NCBI RefSeq assembly: GCF_000181795.1
Contig: NW_003526941.1
Span: 11,049,159 to 11,113,158 of the forward strand
DNA from: Trichinella spiralis
Taxonomy: Eukaryota
DNA length: 64,000 nucleotides
Direction of reading: 5' to 3'
In this document: positions 36,995 to 47,440 of the stretch, piece by piece
Layout: the number at the start of each line of letters is the position of its first letter
Numbering within the stretch: the stretch's first letter is position 1
The notes under the pieces: generated by a model
The model's input: only the letters and a program-made list of their open reading frames with translations
What the model was told of the DNA's origin: nothing
Database searches by the model: none
Program-made: the position numbers and the translations under genes

Positions 36995-39080
36995 ATGGCT
37001 GAAAGCAATGTAAAAACGGCAACTAGGCAGCAGCAATCAATGGAACTGTACGAGAAAAGCATACATCTGTTGAATGCGAAAGCTTGCAACGAAAGGGGAA
37101 AGTACGTTCTGTATTGGGTTCAGACTTCGCCCAGGGTTAAGTTTAATGTTGCCTTGGAATTAGCATGTCAGAAGGCGAACGAGCATCAAGTGCCCGTATT
37201 GGCATGCTTTGTTTTTCCCACTGACAAGAGACTGGACAATTTTCCTCCAGAAACTGAACGTCGTTGCGTTTTCATGTTGGATGGTCTGCGAGATTTCGAG
37301 AAGCGGTTGAAAAAAGAACGAAACATCGATTTGGTAGTCTTGTATGGGAAGTGCGAAATTTTGATTGCCAAATTGGCTGAAAATTGTTGCGAAGTGGTCG
37401 TCGACGCCGGCTATATGCGTTATCAAAATAAGTGGTAACATTTGAAAATATCTTTTGTTTACATTATATAAATTTATTCGATTACTGTTTTATTTAAATT
37501 TAACCACCACTTTTTAATTAATAATTTAATTCTGTAAGGTGTATTTTCCATTTCGATCAGTAAGTATTGTTTGTTTGACATTTGAATTTTATCTCGAATG
37601 TAGATGTTGTTAATGCGACTATTCTTAATTTCAAAGTACAAGTGGTGGTACTGTATGTTTTGAAAAATATTTATTTTGTCTGAGATTTTTTAAGCGAAAT
37701 TAATCTCCTTCAAGCAAGAAAGTGTGACAAATAATGTTGGAATTTGAAATTATCTTTTAATTGAATTAAATTCCTATTGAAAATATTCAGTCGATTGATT
37801 TTCAATGATTTGTAGGTACGATGAGGTGAACAATAACATTGAGTGCAGGTTCACGAAAGTGGAAACCAACGTCGTGGTTCCGGTGGAATTGGTTAGTGAG
37901 AAGGAAGAATTCGCAGCTTACACTATACGTCCAAAGATATGGAAATATGCGAAACAATATTTGGTCGAACCGGAGTGCATAATGGTGATTGCAAAAAATA
38001 AGCCGCTCTTTTCTGACAATCTCCCGCTGATTGATTTGTCACAAAGTGACAATGTTATTCTGGCAAAATTGAATGCAGATACGACGGTGAAGAAGGTAGC
38101 TAATATTCATGGTGGTCACAGTGAAGCGGTGAAGCTTTTGGACAATTTCGTCAGCAAAAAGTTGCCTAATTATGATAAATTGCGAAATATTCCTGGACTG
38201 GATGGCCAGAGCGGTTTGTCTCCGTATATCAATTTCGGCCACATAAGTACTGTGGAAATTATTTTGAAAGTTAACGCAAGTAAAGCTAACAAGAGTGTGA
38301 AAGATGCTTTTGTTGAGCAGTTGCTGGTACGCCGTGAATTGAGCATCAATTTTGTTCATTACAATTCAGAGAATTACGATTCTTTGAAATGTCTACCGAA
38401 ATGGGCAGCGGACACGCTGAAATTGCAAGCCAAAGCGAAGAGAGAATACATTTACACGTCTGAACAGTTGGAAAAAGGTTTATTCAAAAAAAACCATCGT
38501 ATATTTGTATATTTTGTGTAAATTTGCATAAATTTATTCCAGGAGAAACTCATGATCAATATTGGAATGCTTGTCAACTGGAGCTGGTATACGAAGGGAA
38601 AATGAACGGTTACATGCGTATGTATTGGGGTAAAAAAGTTATAGAATGGACTGCGAACGTCAATACTGCTTACAGTTGGTTAATGTAGTATGAGATATGA
38701 ATATTTTTTGTTGTATTTTTACTTTTTGTTTTATTTTTCAAAATAAGCATACGCGTAAGGTGATGAACAATTGTGCTTTCAGTATGAATGACAAGTACGA
38801 ATTGGATGGACGCGATCCCAATGGTTTTGCTGGTGTTGCTTGGGTTTTTGGCAAACACGATCGTGCCCATTCTAGGAGACAAATTTTTGGCACCCTGCGC
38901 TACATGAATAGCAGCGGTCTGGAGCGAAAATTTAAACCCCACCTGAAAGATTACGTTAAACATTGTTATGAATTAGCCGGGAGGTCGTTTCCATCGTCGC
39001 CGGTTGAAAATTCCACACCCGTGGCTAAAAAGCGAAAGCTTCTCAAAACAACTGCTAATGTTAGCCGAAAAGTCAAGTGA
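36995..39080 (+). CDS. phr: Class II CPD DNA photolyase; exons 36995-37434, 37816-38477, 38543-38687, 38783-39080
   Basis: [90 protein letters not shown]...[47 protein letters not shown]...[15 protein letters not shown] are class II photolyase motifs. Three GT-AG introns restore a continuous frame. Confidence 0.96.
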
Positions 39081-42000
39081 ACATTGAGAATTGGTAAAAT
39101 TGAAATTTTCTTCTTCTTATTTATTATTGCTTATTTACGGACCTTATTTGGTAGATGATTCAGTAATTCAGTGAGTCAACAGATTGTTAATTTTTATCAA
39201 CTTGGATAGATGTCGTGTTCTTTGTTGGAATAGAATAGAACTGGTTCTTTTTTTTGTTAATTTAAACAATTTATTAAAACAAAACAAAAAAAACACTAAC
39301 TAACAATATCCTACAATTGCAGCGCGTGGATGTGAATCGTATCATTCTGTTATTGAATTATATTCTAAATTTTGCATAATTATCAACTGAAAGCTTGAGC
39401 ATTACAGTGACTTTGTTATTTACATAAAACTGATATTTGATTGTGTAAACAGTTGAATATGTAACGTTAGAGAGTTAATTTCTCTTATTTCTGTGAATTG
39501 GAGCAAATGTCGAACGGTGTTTTCAGTTTCGTTGCTTTGCTTCTATTTCTTTCATTCGTCAATGTTTTATCCAAATTCCCGACATATAGTGATTTCAAAT
39601 TTGGTAAGATTCTACTTTTATTTATTATCATTATTGTGGTACTCGCGTTCTTATTAAATTTGATCAAAGTTGTACGGTGTAATATGTAAAGCAGATTTTC
39701 GTCATTAGCTTTATTTTAACAGAACACTTTTGATAACAGTTATTTTTCTATTTGGGCTATAAAATGGGTCGGAATGACAGATTTTTTTTTGGCAATGTGC
39801 TTTTTCACTGATATACCATCTATAACTAACTATTCGAATGCTGAAGAACAGCTAAAGGTGTGCAGAAGTTATTTTATTGTCATTTGCGGATAATAATGGT
39901 TGAAATTGAAAAAAAATTTCATAGAATAAGGTGTAAATAAAAACAAATGCAAAACATTTGAAAATTTGAGACTTACTGTAAGACTTGTTTTTGAAAATTA
40001 AGTAAAATGACTGTCGAGAAAAACTGCTGAATGTTATTTTTATTTGCATTTAAGACGATTTTGAATCCAATTTGGCATTCATTATTGTTGTTTATTTTAT
40101 TTAATTTATCTTACATCCTACTCATATGTTTATAGACAATTTTTTTGTATTTTAAATTTAAAAAGTGAATATTACACATCAAAATAGGGCATTTTATATA
40201 TATTATTATTACTGATGAGTAGGGAGGGGGGATGCAGAGTGAAAATAGAAATAGTTTGTGATTGAAACAGCCGGATGTGCTGATGATCAGTTGCTTTTTG
40301 CCTGCCATCAAAGTGTTCTTTCGTTGTCAATTATCATCTGCCGCCTATTGAGAATGATGATTGTCAGGTTAAACTGTTGACTTCAGTGGCTGGCTGACTT
40401 TTGACCTGAACGAGATTGAAAAAGCTTCAATGCGAAATGTGCGCTTCACCTGTGCTTTTTACATTCAATCATTCGGCGACGACAGTAAAATTGACTGCTA
40501 CATAGTAGCATGAAGCGTACAATTTTCTGATATCTACTGGCAAATAGATGCTATCGATTGAAAGCACAAATCGACTACCATATTAATTAAACCAGTAATA
40601 TATGTATATATATAAACAAATAGCTTAGTTATATATATACAGCGAAAGTTGTTTTTAGCTTAAAAAATTGTTTTTTCTTTCATTTTTTAATTATATACTC
40701 ATTTTGTATCTGGCAACATCTGTCATCTGCTGTGTTCTAAAAAAATAAGCTTGTTTAATTGGGATTTTTTTTAAATAATTGTTTTCACTCCCCTCTCAAA
40801 ATAAAGTAAATGGAAATATTATATGTGTAAAATGACGGTGCAAGTTTTTACGCCGAGCAGATGTTGAACAGTGTTTAACAGTTGAAGAGTGGTGGAACCC
40901 GTTGTGCATCTGGTTCCATCGGTCATCGCCAGATTGACAACGACGCTAACAAGCCTACAAACATCTATCTATCTACCTGTGCAAACAGGAAATATGCTGA
41001 TGACGACAGATGTGAATCACGCTTGACAAAAATACTTTCCTCAACTTTTCTTCTGGTCACTGTGCTCGATTTGCACAAGCCAGTAGTAGTAGTCACTGTG
41101 AACAACAATATGTATATATATACAGTATTCCATATATAAGTCTTCAACTTGACCTACAACAATTAATTAGCAAGCTTCAACTGAACTAACTAGTTGGTCA
41201 TTTTCTTTTCGTTTTCTTCAATTTCTCAAATTGGAACAAAATTCTTTCAGAAATGGAAATTTAACAAACAATAATAATAATATTCTTCTTCTTCTTCTTA
41301 TTTTTCATTTCAACCTGACCTTGAGATGTAATATTAATTTGAAAATTTTAATATTTATGAAAAATTATTTGCCTACACTTGACATTGTTCAATTATATTC
41401 CAAAATGGCGCAGTAATCAATTTTTACTCTTCTTAAAATTTCCGAAACTTGCACTAGATAAATTATGGCATTAAATTTATTATGCTTTAGTGCTATTATT
41501 TTTCTTCTTCTTTCATTTTTAGTAAACCAAGCAATTTTAGCTCTTATTTACTTTATATATCATAAATTGAACCATGTATTTATATTATATATTTTTTGAC
41601 GATTTCAATCTTCGTATTTGAAAACATATCTGTTGAAAAATGATGCAATTACTTTAAACAAATTTGGGAATTTTTCTTTTTTTCTGAAATTTAATTAATA
41701 TTTTAAAGCAAGTTATGTGTTTCTCTTTTTTTTGGAATATTTGAACTAATTTTTCGCTCCAATGCTTTGACAAAGTGTCGAGATGTGGAAAGGTGTTTCA
41801 CTTTTGACGCTTCTTTCTCTTACAAAAGATAGCAACAGCAATTCAAGCTAGTTGGAACCGAGCTGCTTATTGGGGGATAATTTTTAAGCTGTCATGCGCA
41901 CGTAATGTAATTACATCGATTCAGCTTGCTGGTCCATGTCAACTATTCCGAGGTCACTTCCTTAATGATTGACCGGAAAGCTTTTCAAATTATTAATGCT

Positions 42001-42952
42001 TTTTGTGCGTTGGATCAAACTGACAACAATACTGTTTTGTACTGTTGACATTCGATTTAAAATTTTGAGAGATTGATTTGTTTTCAAGCGGCTGGCTGTC
42101 GGCATTTTGAGATTTTCAAATGCATGTGAGACTTAACCAGCTGTGCTTTTAATTTGAAAATGACCTCTTTGTCACGCATATATCTAGCATTATATCCCAG
42201 TCAGTCAGAGAGGTGTTTCCCAGACTTACTTCTTCGGTGCCATATGCAGCTAATGGGCTCGCATATGGTCAAATGCAATGACAAAGTTCTGCTTCGGATC
42301 GAAGCCATTCGCATTCCCATGTCCGAATTAGCCGGTCACTGGTCATCATCATCAACTTTTTTCCACTGAATCAATTCAACTGTTCATAATTATTGGCGGC
42401 CAGTTGATTATTATTACTCTGTCTATAGCTTGTCACGGCTGGATGACCAATACATCATTTTTATTCAGTTTTTTTCTTTTATTATAAAAAGGGTTAAGCC
42501 GAGGTTTTCTTCTCTTTTTTGTATCTTTCATCGTGAGATTTGGTGCATTTTTGAACACAAATAATATATATTTGTTGCCAACATTTCTTCGAAAAGTAGG
42601 TTCAGAAGAGAAATATGAAATTATTTTTTAATGTACACACACAAAATAAATAACAAAAGCAGAAACGGCTCACTTCTTGAACAAACAACACAGCAGCAGT
42701 GCAAAAAGAAGGGCGTGTTTCTATTAATAATAATAATAATAATTAAAAAGCATCTGAGATCCCAACCTGGAGAGAGAAAAAGAATCAGAGAGAGGCGTGT
42801 GTCGTCGTCGTCCGGCCATTTTTTACGTCCCCGACTACCGCCGAACCTCCTCTTTTTCCTTTATGATCATCGTCCAATTATTATTATCATTTTTTTAATA
42901 AAAGGGAAATAATTTTTGGCAGAAAAATGAAATACACACGTCATCTTTTTTG

Positions 42953-45900
42953 TCACACGTGACTACTGTCAGTCTGACGCGGGGCACAGGACTTGTTATT
43001 AGTATTGTTGTCATCGCTGCTGGTCCGATTCGGCGCCGGCGGTTTTTTGTAGTCCTGTTCGGACGAGACCGGAGATATAGGAACAGCAGGAGGTTCTGCT
43101 TGTTGTTTTTGGCAGGAAAAATAATCAGGAGGTGGTCTGGGCGGTATGCGCACATGCGCATGGGCGCCAAGGAACGTCTCGTACGGATTGCTGATCGCAC
43201 AGTACGGATTGGCCACTTTGCATGTTGACAAGTCGTCGTTGTCTACCAACAGCTTGTCATTGCCACCGTACAGGTCGTTGGAAAGATGCTTCAACTTGCA
43301 ACAGTCGTCTTTCAAAGCTAATTTCGGCGAAATCCGCGACTGCTTACAACGCAGTGTCCATTCGTTCCACTGATTCTGCTTCTCGTACAAGCTCATCGTA
43401 TTTTTTATTGTACAATTGTCATCGTTGACGGCCAGTGATCTCGAACTGTTGTTGTTGTTGTTGTGGTTGGCCGACGATCCAAGTGAGCCTTGAAATTGTT
43501 GCTTTGAACGTCGATACAGGCCGCATAATACTGCCACTAATACGAGCATGATTAAAATGAACACGCAGACCAACGGGGCGCCAACGAGCACGGGGATTTC
43601 GCTGATTGAAGAAGAAGGAGAAATGGAAGGTGATGCTTGCGCTTCGCGGGTACTACTCGTTGGAGACATGTTAGCTTCGTAAACGAGCAGACCGCTCGGT
43701 GGCCTGAAGCTAGCCTGCCACAGGCAATGGTCTGCACGAATGGTGCACGTTTTGCCAGAAAAGCAAGCCGGACAATGACAAACAAAATCGCCGGCCACAT
43801 TTTCACACGACGCACCATTTCTGCAAGGATTCGACGCACATTCGTCAACAGCAATGGAACAATCTTTGCCTTTGTAGCCATCTCTGCACAGGCAACGGAA
43901 ATCGTTGACCAGATCCAAGCATGTGCCGCCGTTAGCGCAAGGGCGTCTGGCACATTCGTCCACGTTGATCTGGCACAGTGTGCCCATGAATCCGGGTGGA
44001 CAGTGACAACGGAAATTGTTCACCTCATCTTCGCATATACCGCCGTTCAAGCAAGCTGCCTCTGTACAATCGTCAACATTCCGTTCACAACGTTTCCCTT
44101 CGAATCCCATCGGGCAGACGCATTGGAATCCTCCAAATTTGCTAACACAACGGCCACCTTAACGAAACAACATGTATAATAATATTAATAAATAACGACA
44201 TCATAACTGTTTTACCATTTAAACAAGGTTCCAATTTGCATTCGTCACGTTCTATATCACAATTTGTACCTTCCCAGCCAGCGGCACACAAGCAGCTGTA
44301 GCCATTTTTTGAAGCTGGTGCTGATACACAAGTAGCTCCATTTTCGCACGGTTTCTCCTGGCAGCTTTTGGCGCTAGTTTGACAGTGCCTGCCACTGAAT
44401 CCGGCTGCACAGTTACAAGTGTAATTGCCAGCTGATTGTTTGCAAGTTCCACCATTACGACAAGGACTAGCTAGGCACGTTTCTATGCGAAGTTCACAGT
44501 TGGTGCCGCTGAAGCCAGTTGGACATGAACATGTGTACGAGCCGGCGCCAGTGTTTTGGCACGTTGCACCATTTTGACACGGTTTATGATGAGTGCAATA
44601 ATTTAAATCTGAAAACATACAAAAGTTGATCGTCAAAAATTATTACTGACATGTGAAATTTTTTCAACTCACTCACCTTGATTACAATATACACCACCCC
44701 AACCTTCTTCGCAAATACAAGTGAATGGTTTGTTGCAAGTACCATGCTGACAGCCCGGGTAGCGTTGACACTGATCACAATTTACACCCATGTAACCTGA
44801 CTGGCATTCGCATTCTCCAGGTCTTTGACAAGAGCCATATTGGGGGTGGCAGCCTGGCTTGCAAATTGCTGGAAAAAAGTAAAGAAAACAGTTACTGTTC
44901 AAAACAACTTTGATCACAATTTTTTTTCACCGAAATAATATATATATCACACTTTATTTTTTATACTTTACTTTTAAAGTCTCCATTTCTGAATTATCTA
45001 TATTGCAGATCATCTATGTATAGGAATATCTTTCAATGTGTGAAACAATTTTTCCATTCTGCTTTACAGTGCGCTTCGAAGATTTACAAAGGAGAAACAG
45101 GTGAATGGGAAGCGGATGAGGGCAGACTACTGTGCAGTTTAACTTACAGAACCGAAAGCTGCTTATCCTAGTATAATGCTATAGCTGTTAGAGGTGAAAG
45201 GAATTCTGCCTAAATAGAAACGTTTGACCCATATATAATTAAGCTTCAGCGGCTAAACCTTTAATATAAGTAACGGATATTAATCTGACCACAGTTTCTG
45301 TTAAACGGTGAAATAGACGGTTATTTAAATTTGAAAAATTCAATTTCATTCCAAACACTCACTCACTCACTTATTGAATCATTGATTGAAAATTGTAAAT
45401 TCTTTAAAAATGAAAAAAAAGCTGTTGCACACAACGTTGTTGCTTTCTCGTTTCGCGTAACCTATTACATATGCAGTGCAATAGAAAGCGGGCTCTTTTA
45501 CACACTTGAGCTGTTATTAGCACAGTGCTTGACTGACGGATGGGGCGGGGCAAGTTCCAACTCTCAACTTCATACATAGCAGTCAGCTTTTTTCCCATGA
45601 CCTCCGGTAATCAGCGCCTACGGCGGCCAGCTGGCGGAGCAGATGTGAGACCCAGTTTTGACCTGTGGAACAATGGCCCTGCTCTTATGGCTGACATTAA
45701 CTTTGGCCTGGGCCGGCTGTTGCGTGCTGGACTCAGGCACAGTGTTTACTCGTTCGACTATTCTACTGAATTACCAACAACAGAAACATGATCATCAGGC
45801 AGCACCTGCACTGGAATGCCATTACCACATTAGAAATAAGCTAATGTGGAGAGAAAGAAGGATGGGGATATGGATAGGAAGAGAAAAAAATAGCCCAAGA

Positions 45901-47134
45901 AAATCGAACGTCAGCTTCGATCAGTACAAATAAATCAACGCAACAAGTTCAACAGCATAGCTGATGGAACATGTATGCAAATACATATATATGCAAATAC
46001 TTTTTCTTACCATCTTTGCATTTCGGTGCTTGCCATCCGGCAAGACAAACTTTTGTACCATTCTTGGCGCATGTATAATGACCACCGCTGTCGTCTTTAT
46101 CCTTGCAGAACACGTTGCAATGCGGTCCATAGTAGTGGTCATCGCAGACAACTCTGAGTTGAATCCGAAGTCGACTGTGACCGTTGTTGTATTCACCAAC
46201 GGTCCACTTGTCGCCTCCTGCTAGGAGGGTTTTTCTTTCTGCAACACGTAGCAACAGTTGGCCAGATGAAATCAACTTTGCTGAAAACAACGAAGGCAAC
46301 AACGTTGAAAATATTTTCACTCAAAACATGCAGTGTGTGAAAAAAAAATTTTTTTTTTCAAGTTTAAAAAAAGCTTAGAATAATAACTACAAAGGTTGAT
46401 TTGTTTTTTTTTGTGTTGCTTTCAAACGTTAGCATATTCCAAGGTGGATGAAAAAGCAAAACAAAACATAACATGCTCTTACCATCAGCATTTGCAGTTC
46501 CAATTTGAAACAATTCATTTGTAACGTGCCAAGCTTCGACAATCATTGACAACGTACCCTAAAAATTGAAATTGAAATTGAAACTGAAACAACAAGCAAG
46601 AAGCAAGCAAGTACAATCCATTTATCACTGTATATTTTCCATTATACATCTACATATACATGATGGTAAGAGGGGGAGAACTTACCGGCCAAGAAAATGT
46701 TATCGGAAAAGTGACAATGGAGCCAGTGACGCTCAGACTTCCAGGTTGACGAAGCAAGCTGAAAAGCGAGCCGTGTTTATCGCTTGCATCTGCTACGTGG
46801 GTTCCGTAGGTGCAAGGTGGATCAGCGTTGATCTCATTTTCATATTGCTTCAAACAGACCCGAAAGACAAGTCGACAGCCGGTTGATGAGCAAGTTCGAT
46901 TTGAGCTTTTCCCACTTGTAGCAGCTCCGCAACATCGACCATGCACATCCAGGCTGTCGTAATTTTGAAACGAACTAATACGAAACTGTAGAACACCAGA
47001 ACAATTCACAAGTCGAATCTGAAGTTATTTCTGTGATTCTGGGAACAGTGATTGTGATTTATCATCGAATTTTTGCTTACCGAAAAGTTGAAGATGAGAA
47101 AGAGAAAAAGCGACAGACGGCTCAAAGCCGCCAT
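42953..47134 (-). CDS. Delta: Delta-like Notch ligand (MNNL/C2, DSL, 9 EGF repeats, TM, cytoplasmic tail); exons 47081-47134, 46686-47018, 46483-46558, 46011-46280, 44677-44868, 44216-44608, 42953-44157
   Basis: Signal peptide MAALSRLSLFLFLIFNFS; SGVLQFRISSFQN..GRCCG..CRLVFRVCLKQY..PCTYG..FSWPGTLSMIVEAWH (MNNL); RVVCDDHYYGPHCNVFCKDKDDSGGHYTC..NGTKVCLAGWQ (DSL); nine EGF repeats; TM helix VLVGAPLVCVFILIMLVLVAVLCGL; no vWC domain, so Delta rather than Serrate/Jagged. Confidence 0.95.
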
Positions 47135-47379
47135 GGTCGGCTGAAGATGTTTGTGGACTGCAGTTGGTTGATCAGAGGTGATCAGTTGATTTTCAAATTA
47201 GGCATGCAACAGTCGTGCCCCTCAGTGTATTCCAATATCTAGAAAAGAGGCAAAAAGAAAATGCTGTATTGTGTGGGCGAGATGTGCGAGAGCGCGTCCG
47301 AAGCTATGCGAACTGCTGTTGCTGAACGAGCCGCACAATGATGAACGCGTGCTGTGCCAAAGTCGGCGCGTGACCGCGT

Positions 47380-47440
47380 CAACAGCCAATCAGCGTCTTC
47401 CAATTTGCCCCGCCCTATTGGTCGGAGAGCAGGTGGTGAA
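47380..47440. promoter_or_regulatory. Putative Delta proximal regulatory region: CCAAT boxes, GC box, E-box
   Basis: CCAAT at 47386, CCCCGCCC at 47408, ATTGG at 47417 and GCAGGTG at 47429 are clustered about 250-300 bp upstream of the Delta ATG in a locally GC-rich segment. Confidence 0.4.

Noticed and set aside
42487..42497. AAAAGGGTTAA as the missing second piggyBac end
   Set aside because: It is about 40 kb away with many host genes between, and the match to the 1885 end does not extend convincingly.
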